Below, in pieces: positions 29,748-39,993 of a stretch of 64,000 bases of DNA. How positions within the stretch are numbered: position 1 is the first letter of the stretch; each line of letters starts with the position of its first letter. This DNA is from Myxococcota bacterium (GTDB taxonomy: Bacteria > Myxococcota_A > SURF-8), in contig OZ223209.1 of the NCBI GenBank assembly GCA_965140415.1, positions 1,920,001 through 1,984,000 of the forward strand, in the 5' to 3' direction. A program made the position numbers and the translations under genes. The notes under the pieces are model-generated. The model worked only from the letters and a program-made list of their open reading frames with translations. It had not been told where the DNA came from and ran no database searches.

Positions 29748-30355
29748 CGGAGATTTTTACCAGGCTGTTCGACTATTTCGGTCAGGGCGGTTTCGTCATG
29801 CCACCGCTGATTCTTGGCACCCTGGTGCTCTGGTATGCGCTGGGGTATCGCTTCGCCACACTGAAACGCGGTAACGCTCGCAGCGTCCGGGTGCTGGTTG
29901 AGCGCTATTCTAGCGGATACGAGCGCGAAGCCAAGGGAATCATCGACCGGGCTGTGCGGCTGGGACTTTCCATCAAAGCCAACCGAACCGAAGAACTGCG
30001 CAACTATCTGGACGAAGCCTTCTATCCCTTCGTGCGCGATATCGATGCCTACGCCGTGCTGGTAAGAGCCATCGTGGTGGCCGCTCCCTTAGCCGGATTG
30101 CTGGGCACCGTTACCGGTATGATCGAAACTTTCGATTCACTGGGAGATATGTCGCTGTATTCGCAGTCGGGAGGCATCGCAGGCGGAATATCCCAGGCAT
30201 TGTTTTCCACTCAGATGGGTTTGGCAGTGGCTGTACCGGGTCGAGTAGCGGGGCGTATTCTGGACCGTAAGCAGCAGACGCTGGTGCGGGAACTGGAGCA
30301 GATCAAGGATATTCTGTGCACAAGTAGTGATGGTGGGAACGAGAGGAACGTATGA
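29744..30355 (+). CDS. exbB: ExbB proton channel protein
   Basis: APLAGLLGTVTGMIETF, GGISQALFSTQMGL; ATGA overlap. Confidence 0.88.
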   Translation: MTEIFTRLFDYFGQGGFVMPPLILGTLVLWYALGYRFATLKRGNARSVRVLVERYSSGYEREAKGIIDRAVRLGLSIKANRTEELRNYLDEAFYPFVRDIDAYAVLVRAIVVAAPLAGLLGTVTGMIETFDSLGDMSLYSQSGGIAGGISQALFSTQMGLAVAVPGRVAGRILDRKQQTLVRELEQIKDILCTSSDGGNERNV

Positions 30356-30762
30356 AATTTCGAGAAACCAAGGAAACCGATGCGGGGATCGATATCTCAC
30401 CGTTGATCGATATGGTGTTCATTCTATTGATCTTCTTCATGGTCTCCACAACCTTCGTTAAGGATATGAAACTGGATCTGGAACGACCCTCCGCTTCCAG
30501 CGCCATGCAGGCCTCAACCAAAGCGCTGCGTGTGTTTATCGACAGCGGTGGTGATATCTTTGTGGATGGTACGCCAGTGCGTCCCTACATGTTGCAAAGT
30601 CGTGTACGGGATTTCGTAAAGGGCAGCACGGCTAAGACCGTATTGGTCGTAACGGATCGCCGGGTGGCTGCCGAGCGGCTGATCGAGGTGGTGGACCAAT
30701 GTCGCCTGGCCGGTGCAACGGATGTGGGAGTGGCAACGGAAAAGGAAGCGGGACGTGGTTGA
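30352..30762 (+). CDS. exbD: Biopolymer transport protein ExbD
   Basis: IDISPLIDMVFILLIFFMVSTTF. Confidence 0.93.
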   Translation: MKFRETKETDAGIDISPLIDMVFILLIFFMVSTTFVKDMKLDLERPSASSAMQASTKALRVFIDSGGDIFVDGTPVRPYMLQSRVRDFVKGSTAKTVLVVTDRRVAAERLIEVVDQCRLAGATDVGVATEKEAGRG

Positions 30763-31429
30763 GTTGCAGCGAAGTGAAGCGGATCGAGTGCAGGCCGAAA
30801 AAATGCGGCGCAAGATCGTTGCGATTTTGTGGATGCTGTTTGGTTCCTCCATGGTGTTTGCCCTGCTGTTGCTTATGAATGAATACATCGAAGCTCCCAA
30901 GCCGGATTCTTCCAAAACGGTATCGTCATTTAAGGTGGAAAAAAGAAAGCCACCGCAACCGCCAAAGCAAAAGACTCGACCCAAGCGCAGAAAGAAAACC
31001 CGGCGCAATCGCGCACCGCAGGCTCCACTGCCTCAGTTGGGAGGCTCCATTGCAGGACTGTCACTGGGGATACCCGACTTCGATGCGTCCGATGTGAGTC
31101 AACTCGTCGGTGGTGGACTGGGTAATGTGAAGGATGTCGTGATGACGGAAGACGCCGTGGACGATCCTCCGCGTGCACGTACGCGATCCGAGTTGGTGTA
31201 TCCCAAACGAGCAAGGGCAAAAGGGCAGGAGGGATACGTCACACTTAGCCTGCTCATCGATGCCAATGGCGAGGTCGTGCGCGTCAAAGTATTGGAAGCG
31301 CAACCAAGTGGCGTGTTCGAGGAAGCGGCCATCGAATCGGTAAAACAGTGGAGTTTCGAACCGGCGACATATAAAGGTGAGGCGGTGCGCGTGTGGGCCA
31401 GGCAGACCATCCGCTTCGACTTGAGGTAA
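30755..31429 (+). CDS. tonB: Energy transducer TonB
   Basis: N-terminal TM, Pro/Lys-rich linker, YPKRARAKGQEGYV...WSFEPA C-terminal domain. Confidence 0.9.
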   Translation: MVELQRSEADRVQAEKMRRKIVAILWMLFGSSMVFALLLLMNEYIEAPKPDSSKTVSSFKVEKRKPPQPPKQKTRPKRRKKTRRNRAPQAPLPQLGGSIAGLSLGIPDFDASDVSQLVGGGLGNVKDVVMTEDAVDDPPRARTRSELVYPKRARAKGQEGYVTLSLLIDANGEVVRVKVLEAQPSGVFEEAAIESVKQWSFEPATYKGEAVRVWARQTIRFDLR

Positions 31430-31433
31430 ATGG

Positions 31434-32615
31434 ATGATGAGGAAGATGGGTAAAGGTTATGCAACCATAGTATTGCTGACGGCGTTCATTTTGTCGACGA
31501 TGCTGTGTTTCGCTGCATGGGCAAAAGAAGATGAAGCCGAACAGGAAATCGACTACATCGCCTTGGCCGCGTTGTTGATCAAGGATGGCAACTATGACCG
31601 TGCTGAGAATGCGTTGAACCATGTTGATGAGAAGGATGAAAACATCGATCTGGCTCGTTTGCATACTCTGCGGGGATTGTTGTTTCTAAGCCGTAGCCTG
31701 TTCAAGGATGCGGCAAGGCGTTTCGACCTCGCTTTGGAGTTGGGTAGCGCCGACACGTTTTTGCATGTCTACGCGGCGCAAGCGCGTTATGGCATGAAGG
31801 AATATCAAAAAGCTCTGGATCATCTGCATCTGGCCAAAGATGCTGCAACGAGTTCTCCCGGTCTGTTTATTTTGCAAGCTCAGTGCTATTGGAAACTCGA
31901 AAAGCATGAAATAGCTTGGAGCCTGCTGGAGCAGGGAGAAGAACGATTTCCCGATGCGGTGGGGATCGCGCGTCAGAAAGTGTTCTACCTGATCGAACTA
32001 GGACTATTTCAGCAGGTACTGGAAACCAGTGCAGCTCTTTTAGCTTCGGATAACGCGGATGCGAGTATGTTTCTTGCGATTGCCGAGGCGTTACGGCGTA
32101 GCGGGCAGATGGAGGCCGTAGTTCAATTACTGGAAACGGCTCGCTTGATGTTTACTGACAACGAAGCGGTGCTGATCGGATTGGCTGGCGCGTATGCACA
32201 GGCCCAGCATCCTTTATCCGCTGCGGAGCTGTTTGAGGTAGCGGCCATTGACAATAAAGCTTACCACCGGGAAGCGGCGGAGATGTTTCGAGAGGCGGGG
32301 AAATTCAATCGCGCGTTGTATCACAACGCTAGAATTTCGGAACAACCCGTAAAAATGCGACAGCGATTGGGTCTGTTGTTACGAATGAGCCAATTCGAAC
32401 AGGCTGCCGGGCTGGCCCCCCGCCTGTCACGTCTCGGCTTGTTGGAAGACGAAGATATCCGCTATGCCCTGGCTTATGCCTGTTTCAAGGTTGGTGACTA
32501 CGATGCCGCTGAAGTTCATTTGAAAAAGCTGACGCGGTCAGACCTGTTCCGTAATGCGGCTGATCTGCGAGCGGCCATGCAAAGCTGTATTGGCGATCCC
32601 TGGAGGTGTGAGTAA
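31434..32615 (+). CDS. Exported TPR protein (TtpD-like)
   Basis: Signal peptide, TPR helices throughout, directly follows tonB. Confidence 0.75.
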   Translation: MMRKMGKGYATIVLLTAFILSTMLCFAAWAKEDEAEQEIDYIALAALLIKDGNYDRAENALNHVDEKDENIDLARLHTLRGLLFLSRSLFKDAARRFDLALELGSADTFLHVYAAQARYGMKEYQKALDHLHLAKDAATSSPGLFILQAQCYWKLEKHEIAWSLLEQGEERFPDAVGIARQKVFYLIELGLFQQVLETSAALLASDNADASMFLAIAEALRRSGQMEAVVQLLETARLMFTDNEAVLIGLAGAYAQAQHPLSAAELFEVAAIDNKAYHREAAEMFREAGKFNRALYHNARISEQPVKMRQRLGLLLRMSQFEQAAGLAPRLSRLGLLEDEDIRYALAYACFKVGDYDAAEVHLKKLTRSDLFRNAADLRAAMQSCIGDPWRCE

Positions 32616-32616
32616 C

Positions 32617-35600
32617 GTGCAGAAAGTCTTTACCGGTATTGGTCTGGTTGTTGCGTTGACGTTGCTATTGTCGGGAATGGCGAATTCCCAGCAGGGTGAG
32701 GATGTAGGCGCGATTTCCTGCTACGTGTTCCAGGATGAAAATGGTGCGCCCGTTTCGGGAGCCGAGATATTTGTGGAAGGCGTCGATTCTTCCGTAACCA
32801 ACGAAAAGGGAATGGTCAACTTTGTGACCTCTCCCGGTGCATATAATCTGCACATCGTGAAGGCGGGTTTGGCGGAGGCGGAACTTTCTTCCGTTCAGGT
32901 AGTAACTGGGGAAGTTACCGAAGCTATCGTCACGATGTTCTCGGACGGACGCCCGGCGCTCGTTTCGTTGGAAGTCGCCGCGCATAAACTGCAAGGCAAG
33001 CAGCAGATTTTAGACGAGAATCAGCCGACCGGCGAATTACAAGGCGCAGTTGTAGATATTGAAAAGCGCAAGCCGGTGCAAGGCGCACGCATTTTCGTGC
33101 GTGGAGTGGATGTGGAAGTGAAAAGTGGAAAAAACGGAAAATTCACGTTGCGTCTACCGGCAGGCATACACGCGCTTTCCGTGGTGCATCCCGATTTCAG
33201 TATGCAGACTATCGACGATGTTCAGGTGACCGCCGATGAAAAACAGAGTGTCGATATTGAGCTGACTCCCTCGTCATTGGAGTTGGATGACTATACCGTG
33301 GTTGCCCCACAGATAGAGGGAGGCATTGCCGAATTGAACCGGGAGCGGCAGGGGTCTAGCGCCGTGGCGGAAGTGATCGGTGCAGAGCAGATTGCAAAAA
33401 GCGGCGACAGCAGCGCCGCCGGTGCCTTGAAACGTGTGACCGGTTTGACGCTGGTCGGCGGAAAGTATATTTACGTGCGCGGGATGGGCGAGCGCTATTC
33501 CAGCACCTTGATGAATGGTTCGACGTTGCCTAGCCCGGAGCCGGAACGGCGCGTGGTGCCGTTGGATATGTTTCCGGTAGACATACTGGAAAGCGTGCTG
33601 ATTCAGAAAACCTATTCAGCGGATCTACCCGGAGAATTCGGTGGTGGAACGATTCGCTTGAGAACCCGTGGTCGTCCAGAGGATTTAACGGCCAACGTAT
33701 CGATCTCGGCTGGGGGTAATACCAACACGACGTTCCAAAAAGGTTTGAAGTACAATGGCGGAGACTGGGACTGGTTGGGTATCGATGATGGAACCCGTTC
33801 ATTGCCTGGTGCAGTATCCAAAGCCAGTGACGGCCAGCCGCTATTGGAGACGGATCGATTTTCTTCCACAGGATATACGGCAAGTGAACTGGAAAACTAC
33901 GGCGAAATGATGTCCAATGTATGGACGCCGAATAAGAGTACGGTGATTCCCGATCTTGGATTATCGGCTACTGTGGGAGATTGCTATAAAATCGGTGCGA
34001 CGCCCATCGGATTTCTGCTTTCAGCCAGCTACGATCAGAGCTGGGATCTATCCAAGGTGAAACGAAACTATTACATCGTCGGCAACGAGGGCGAATTGGA
34101 ATTGCAGCATAGTTACGATTTCGAATCGTTGACGCGCAACGTTTCTTTGGGTGGTATTCTGGATCTGAGTACGGAAATTGCGGAACATCACAAACTTAAA
34201 AGCACCACCATTCTCATTCGCACCACCGATGATGAAGCGCGTATTTACGAAGGATTCAACCGGGATGTTTCTACAGATATCCGTGTCACTCGTTTGCGCT
34301 GGATCGAACGCATGTTGCTTTTTCAGCAGCTCTCCGGTCAGCATGAAATCGCACAGGCCCATAACCTGCTGCTAGATTGGCGCTATACTTTCTCCTTGGC
34401 CATGCGCGACGAACCGGACCGGCGCGAAGTCCGCTATGATTACGAATCGGGTACCGAACGCTGGATACTCTCGGACAGACCCGAGGGCAACCAGCGCGTG
34501 TTCAGTGAATTGGTCGATTATAACCACGATGTCGGTCTCGATATCACCGTGCCGTTTGCAATCTGGCTGGATCTGGAAGCAAAGGCAAAATTCGGATTCA
34601 ATTTCGTGCATCGGTCGCGAACGGTGGATACGCGCCGCTTCAAGTTTCAGCACAAAGGCGAGTTGAGTACCGACACGGATATTATATCCCAAACGCCGGA
34701 ACAGATATTCGTACCTGAGAATATCGGAAACGATGGTTTTCAGTTCGAGGAAATCACCCGCGAGACGGACAACTACTCGGCCTCGCAGCGCATCATTGCC
34801 GGGTACCTTATGTTCGAACTGCCCATACTCCAGTCGCTGAATCTGTCTGCCGGGGCGCGTGTGGAACAGTCGGTGCAGTCCGTTCGTACCTTCGAATTGT
34901 TCAACCCGGACAAAGAACCGGTAAAGGCTGATCTGAACGACGTCGATGTGCTACCCGCCGCAACGCTGACATGGATCTTTTACAAAGACATGCAGTTGCG
35001 GTTAGGTTACGGAATGACGCTTTCCCGGCCCGATTTTCGTGAATTGTCGCAGGCGACATTTAACGACGTCACTGGTGGTCGGCAGATCTTCGGCAATCCG
35101 GATCTGAAACGAGCGACGATCCACAACGTGGATTTCCGTATGGAGTGGTACCCCAGCGAAATGGAAAGCGTGTCTGTCGGCTTCTTTTACAAGAAATTCA
35201 CCGACCCGATCGAAACGGTGGTTATCCCCAGCGCACAGTTGTCGATTACCTACGAAAACGCAAAGGGCGCGCAAAATATGGGTGGCGAAGTGGAGTTTCG
35301 TAAAAACTTCGATTTCGCGCATCCAAAATTAGCGGACTTGTATTTGGCGGGAAACTTCACCTACATCTGGTCGCGTGTCGAACTTGGAGAAGACAGCGGC
35401 ATTCAAACCAGCAACAAACGTCCTTTGCAGGGGCAGTCGCCTTACGTTGCCAACCTGCAAATCGGATATGACAACGCCGATTGGGGTACCAACCTGGCCG
35501 TTGTGTACAACGTATTCGGCAAACGCATCGTCGAAGTCGGCGCACAAGGAGCACCCGATGTTCTGGAGCGACCCTACCATCAGTTGGATTTCGTGGCCGG

Positions 35601-35745
35601 ACAGAATCTGGGCAAAGGATTCAAGTTGTCGTTCAAAGCCAAAAACCTGATCAATCACCTGGTGAAATTCACCCAGGGCGATGAAACCACCGAAGCCTTC
35701 CATCGCGGGCGTGAGTTCAGTATCAGCGCAAGCTGGTCTTACTGA
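32617..35745 (+). CDS. TonB-dependent receptor with two N-terminal carboxypeptidase-regulatory-like domains
   Basis: Plug (SGDSSAAGALKRVTG, YVRGMGERY, QKTYSADLPGEFGGG), GNPDLK, NLIN, C-terminal ISASWSY; GTG start 32617. Confidence 0.93.
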   Translation: MQKVFTGIGLVVALTLLLSGMANSQQGEDVGAISCYVFQDENGAPVSGAEIFVEGVDSSVTNEKGMVNFVTSPGAYNLHIVKAGLAEAELSSVQVVTGEVTEAIVTMFSDGRPALVSLEVAAHKLQGKQQILDENQPTGELQGAVVDIEKRKPVQGARIFVRGVDVEVKSGKNGKFTLRLPAGIHALSVVHPDFSMQTIDDVQVTADEKQSVDIELTPSSLELDDYTVVAPQIEGGIAELNRERQGSSAVAEVIGAEQIAKSGDSSAAGALKRVTGLTLVGGKYIYVRGMGERYSSTLMNGSTLPSPEPERRVVPLDMFPVDILESVLIQKTYSADLPGEFGGGTIRLRTRGRPEDLTANVSISAGGNTNTTFQKGLKYNGGDWDWLGIDDGTRSLPGAVSKASDGQPLLETDRFSSTGYTASELENYGEMMSNVWTPNKSTVIPDLGLSATVGDCYKIGATPIGFLLSASYDQSWDLSKVKRNYYIVGNEGELELQHSYDFESLTRNVSLGGILDLSTEIAEHHKLKSTTILIRTTDDEARIYEGFNRDVSTDIRVTRLRWIERMLLFQQLSGQHEIAQAHNLLLDWRYTFSLAMRDEPDRREVRYDYESGTERWILSDRPEGNQRVFSELVDYNHDVGLDITVPFAIWLDLEAKAKFGFNFVHRSRTVDTRRFKFQHKGELSTDTDIISQTPEQIFVPENIGNDGFQFEEITRETDNYSASQRIIAGYLMFELPILQSLNLSAGARVEQSVQSVRTFELFNPDKEPVKADLNDVDVLPAATLTWIFYKDMQLRLGYGMTLSRPDFRELSQATFNDVTGGRQIFGNPDLKRATIHNVDFRMEWYPSEMESVSVGFFYKKFTDPIETVVIPSAQLSITYENAKGAQNMGGEVEFRKNFDFAHPKLADLYLAGNFTYIWSRVELGEDSGIQTSNKRPLQGQSPYVANLQIGYDNADWGTNLAVVYNVFGKRIVEVGAQGAPDVLERPYHQLDFVAGQNLGKGFKLSFKAKNLINHLVKFTQGDETTEAFHRGREFSISASWSY

Positions 35746-35883
35746 TAACAACATATCGGTCAGAAAAAAATTCCTTCCTTTTCCTTTCTTTCGAAATCTG
35801 AATAAGTGCGGTATAGTGCCCACTCATCGCGGATCTGGCACCATTCGAACCATGTTGTTGGATGAGACGAAGCGGAGGTTGCA

Positions 35884-36729
35884 ATGGGTATAAGGCAGGA
35901 CGCACAAGGGAAAAATGTATATATCAGCGGGGGTTCCAGTGGAATCGGTCTGGCTGCGGGGGAAGTGTTTTCCGCACTGGGAGCCAACGTGCTGGTGTTT
36001 TCCATCGATTCCAAAGAACAGCAAAAGGTGGCGTTGGAGTCCCTTCGAAAACGAGCGACAAGTGAGCAGCAACGATTCGAGGCGCTGACCTTGAACGTGA
36101 CAGACCGCGACGAAGTGCTGCGCGTGTTGGGCGAGGCTTGTCAGCGTTTTGGTGCGCCCTGGGCACTGATAAACAGTGCCGGTATGGGTGGTGCGGTTTT
36201 GTTCGAGCAGGAACCCATTGAGCGTTTCGACAAGGCAATGCAGCTAAACGTCTATGGTCTGCGTCACGCCGTCGAAGCCTGCCTGGAAACGATGAAGCCT
36301 CATGGGGGATACATCGTGAACGTGGCTTCCATGGCCGGATTGATCGGAAACTTCGGTTACACGACCTACTCCGCTTCCAAGTTCGCTGCGGTGGGATTCT
36401 CCCAGGCCTTGCGCGCAGAGTTGAAGCCGCTTGGAATTCAGGTATCGGTGCTGTGTCCCACTCAGGTGGACACGCCGATGCTGGCTCATACGGATCAGTT
36501 CAAGCCGCCAGAAAGCAAAGCCATTAACGACAAAGCCGGTTTGATGACTGCCGAGGCGGTTGTAGAAGGCATGCTGGATGGAATGGACAAAAACAAGGGA
36601 ATCATCATTCCCGGTTTCAAGGGCAGCTTCGTCTATCTGCTCAGTCGTGTACTACCCGGTCTGCGGGAGAGCATGACGGATCGTATTATCGCCAAGGTGC
36701 GCAGGCAGCGCCAGCATACGGATGCATAG
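35884..36729 (+). CDS. Short-chain dehydrogenase/reductase (KDSR-like)
   Basis: SGGSSGIG, NSAG, VASMAG, YSASK, VDTPM; GGAGG RBS. Confidence 0.85.
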   Translation: MGIRQDAQGKNVYISGGSSGIGLAAGEVFSALGANVLVFSIDSKEQQKVALESLRKRATSEQQRFEALTLNVTDRDEVLRVLGEACQRFGAPWALINSAGMGGAVLFEQEPIERFDKAMQLNVYGLRHAVEACLETMKPHGGYIVNVASMAGLIGNFGYTTYSASKFAAVGFSQALRAELKPLGIQVSVLCPTQVDTPMLAHTDQFKPPESKAINDKAGLMTAEAVVEGMLDGMDKNKGIIIPGFKGSFVYLLSRVLPGLRESMTDRIIAKVRRQRQHTDA

Positions 36730-36744
36730 CGAACAAGGAAGTGA

Positions 36745-38235
36745 ATGATGGATCGCAGGCAGTTTTTACAGTTGACGGCGGCCACGGTAGCCGCCGGGGC
36801 CTTGTCCGGTTGTGCGACCGGCTCTTCTTCTTCCCGTTACACTGCTGCACAGTCGCCGGTATTGGCCCATGAGCGATTGCTGTTGACCAATGCACGGCTG
36901 ATCGATGTCAATACCGGACAACTCCGATCTGAGAGCCGCCTGGTGTTGCAGAACGGAAAAATCGCGGCGATTCCGCAAAACGATGAAAAGGTGGATGCCG
37001 ATCGCAGCCTGGATCTGGAAGGCGCTTATGTCTCTCCGGGGCTGATCAACGCGCATTGCCACATGACCTTGCCCTGCGGGATGACGTTAACCCCTGGGAT
37101 TCTCTTCGCATTTGAGCGGCAGATCGAGCGCAACGCAGAAGAATGCGTAAAAAATGGCGTAACCTGCGTGCGCGATATGCTGGCCATGACGAAGATCATG
37201 GTCAAGCTGAAGGAAAAAATAGCAGGTGGGGAAATCGTCGGACCGCGCATCATCAATAATTGTGTGTTGAGAGTCGAACACGGTTACGGCAAAAAAATGG
37301 TCTTCTGGGGCGACGATCCTATGGTGCTGCAAGCGCAAACGCCGCAGCAGGCCAAAGAAGCGGTGCGGATGGCCTTCGATCGCGGCGCGGATTTCATCAA
37401 GATTTTCCAGCAGCCGGTGTCCTTATATTTACCCAGCAATGCCATGCCGGTAATGGATACCCCGACCGTGGCGGCCATTTGCGAGCAGGCCGCAAAAGAT
37501 GGAAAGCAGGTCGCCCTGCACCAGACCGAGCATAATGGTTTTCATCGCGGTTTGCAGGGGGGCGTAAGCACCTTCGAACACGTGGTTCGTGACCGACCGC
37601 TTACTGACGCGGAAGTCAGGCAGATGCAGGATTCGCATGCCTGGTCGGTGCCGACCTTATCGGCGGCGTTCGGTCTGGCCAATAAGAAAGAAGGCGATCC
37701 TTTCTGGGGTAAGGGGATTCTTCCCTGGATGCAGAAACTGCGTCAGGTTGTCATGCCGAAACTGGCAAAGCAATATCTGGAGCCGGAATTTGCAGCAGGG
37801 ACGCTGGGCTTCCTGCACCGTTTCAGTGACCCCAGGCAGAACGAGAGCAAACACCTGATCCCCTGGCCGGATCCCAGGCATTTCACCTCGGCTGTCGTTC
37901 AGGGGGGTGAAAACGCAATGGCCCTGTATCGAGCCGGAATTCCATTCGGTTGCGGCAACGATGGCGGCATTCCTTTTGTCTTCCCCGGAGCGATGGATCT
38001 GGAACTGCGCATTTTAAGCAAGATCGGCATCCCTCCCGCAGCGGGGTTGAAGATGGCGACCATCAATAATGCAACCCTGCTTGGTCTGGAGCGGGAAATC
38101 GGCTCCATCGAAGTGGGAAAAACCGCAGATCTGGCGGTGTACGTGAACAACCCGCTCGAATCGGCGCGGAATCTGGCGCAGCCGCAACGGGTCTTCCAAG
38201 CAGGCCGTCTGGTAGTTGATCGGGTCGAAGGTTAG
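36745..38235 (+). CDS. Tat-exported lipoprotein amidohydrolase
   Basis: DRRQFL Tat motif, LSG-C lipobox, PGLINAHCH, ADFIK, FEH, GNDGG, GSIEVGKTADL. Confidence 0.85.
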   Translation: MMDRRQFLQLTAATVAAGALSGCATGSSSSRYTAAQSPVLAHERLLLTNARLIDVNTGQLRSESRLVLQNGKIAAIPQNDEKVDADRSLDLEGAYVSPGLINAHCHMTLPCGMTLTPGILFAFERQIERNAEECVKNGVTCVRDMLAMTKIMVKLKEKIAGGEIVGPRIINNCVLRVEHGYGKKMVFWGDDPMVLQAQTPQQAKEAVRMAFDRGADFIKIFQQPVSLYLPSNAMPVMDTPTVAAICEQAAKDGKQVALHQTEHNGFHRGLQGGVSTFEHVVRDRPLTDAEVRQMQDSHAWSVPTLSAAFGLANKKEGDPFWGKGILPWMQKLRQVVMPKLAKQYLEPEFAAGTLGFLHRFSDPRQNESKHLIPWPDPRHFTSAVVQGGENAMALYRAGIPFGCGNDGGIPFVFPGAMDLELRILSKIGIPPAAGLKMATINNATLLGLEREIGSIEVGKTADLAVYVNNPLESARNLAQPQRVFQAGRLVVDRVEG

Positions 38236-38419
38236 AGCATCTTTTTATTAAGAAACGATTTCTCGAAATTGTAAAAAGTTACAAAGGAAAAACATTCCGA
38301 TTGGACTGCTGTGTCATTTTTCTGAAAGAAGCATTTGTAAAAACAGGAAATTCGTATTAGCTTGACCGTACACAATCTGGTGTCTTCAAAACGATAAAAA
38401 CTGAAGGTACAAAATCTCC

Positions 38420-39982
38420 TTGTTTGCTGGAAAGGATGTTGCCTTGATCCAACTTCGAAGGTATGTCGCGGTTTTCTTGTTTGCTCTATTATGGCTTGTC
38501 AGTGTAGGTGATCTTGCCCAGGCCGGTCCATTGCGCTTTTACGGATACGATGTTACCGCAATGGGTTCCGGCAACAGCCAGAGCGCCTATGGCGAGTCCA
38601 TGGCCTCACTTTACAGTAACCCGGCGATTCTGCCGGATGTAAAACGGGAACTGGATATCGGTTTTATCTTCGCCTATACCGATTTTTCCACATCGTTGAT
38701 GCAGCGGCCATCCGGCGTGGATGTGCCGCTTTCCTATTACAATTCGGATGTAGGAGTGGAAAGTTCGGAGGGTATGACAGACCGTCCCCTGCCTACCGTT
38801 GAACTCCCCATCAAGCGTCATGACAACCACATCGACACGCACAACGAATACCTCACGCTCTCTTTCGGGTACAACTTCAACCGCGACGATCTGATGGCCG
38901 GATTGCATGTGGCTCTGCCGGTTTCCGGCATGGCCAGCATTCATACGCATCACGACAATGAAATGGGGCAGTACAATACCAACACGGTGCATTTCACTCG
39001 TTTCGGCGAATGGGACAAGGTCTTCTCCCTGTTGCTCGGTTTGGGCTATCGGCCAGTCGAATGGATTTCCTTGGGGGCCTCCTTGCAACTGGCGGCCCAA
39101 ACCGTGGTGGACATGCGCACCTATGTGCCGGACAGCACCGTCAGCAATTCCGTGGTGGCGGATACCAAAATGAAGATCAAGTCTGCCGTGCGGCCTATTG
39201 TGGGTGTGAATTTTAGACCCTTGGACTGGTTCAGCTTCGGTGTGGCCTGGCGCTACAAGTTGATGATCAAGAGTAACGCAAAAACAAAGATGGTGCTGTG
39301 GAACTTCCATGACAGCGAGAATCCGGACGAAAACGGTCTGGAGCGTTTGAAGATCAGTGAAACGTCGGTGCCCATGGTGTTCAACTACGAGCCGATGGAA
39401 CTATCCGGGTCGATCGGTTTCCAGCATTCCGGTTTTACCGGGCAGGCACAGGTTACCTGGAATCGCTGGGTCGATTTCCGCGATCATCACGATTTGAGCC
39501 CGCAGGACGCGGCTTATTTCGAAGTGGTCAATGAAGGCGATATCGAAATCGACAAAGGGAAGTATGGTTTCAAAGACACCGTTTCTGCCAACTTCGGTCT
39601 GTCCTACACTTATTACGAGGACTGGGAAGTCCGTATCGGTGGTGCGGTATATCCGTCTCCCGTACCCGAGCAGACCGGTAGAACCAATTTCGCCGACAAT
39701 ACCGTATTCATGCTGTCACTGGGTAAGCGATTCAGTTGGCAGGTGTGGGAAGATCACATCGAATTGGAACTGGCGCTGCAATTCTGGGACATGCTGAAAA
39801 AGACCGTGCATAAAGATGCGTCACAGATTCGAGACGAATTCCCGGACGGTGCAAAAACCATTCTGGAAATGCAGGAGATGCCGGAATCCACCGGACTGCA
39901 AACCAACAACCCCGGTTTTCCCGGCTACAGCCTGAAGGGCTGGGAGGTTGTGGCGGCGGTGTCGTTGGGTTACAGGTTCTAA
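38420..39982 (+). CDS. FadL/OmpP1-like outer-membrane transporter
   Basis: Signal peptide, AMGSG...LYSNPA hatch motif, YPSPVPEQTGRTNFAD, C-terminal SLGYRF. Start uncertain. Confidence 0.7.
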   Translation: MFAGKDVALIQLRRYVAVFLFALLWLVSVGDLAQAGPLRFYGYDVTAMGSGNSQSAYGESMASLYSNPAILPDVKRELDIGFIFAYTDFSTSLMQRPSGVDVPLSYYNSDVGVESSEGMTDRPLPTVELPIKRHDNHIDTHNEYLTLSFGYNFNRDDLMAGLHVALPVSGMASIHTHHDNEMGQYNTNTVHFTRFGEWDKVFSLLLGLGYRPVEWISLGASLQLAAQTVVDMRTYVPDSTVSNSVVADTKMKIKSAVRPIVGVNFRPLDWFSFGVAWRYKLMIKSNAKTKMVLWNFHDSENPDENGLERLKISETSVPMVFNYEPMELSGSIGFQHSGFTGQAQVTWNRWVDFRDHHDLSPQDAAYFEVVNEGDIEIDKGKYGFKDTVSANFGLSYTYYEDWEVRIGGAVYPSPVPEQTGRTNFADNTVFMLSLGKRFSWQVWEDHIELELALQFWDMLKKTVHKDASQIRDEFPDGAKTILEMQEMPESTGLQTNNPGFPGYSLKGWEVVAAVSLGYRF

Positions 39983-39993
39983 GGGGATTACAG

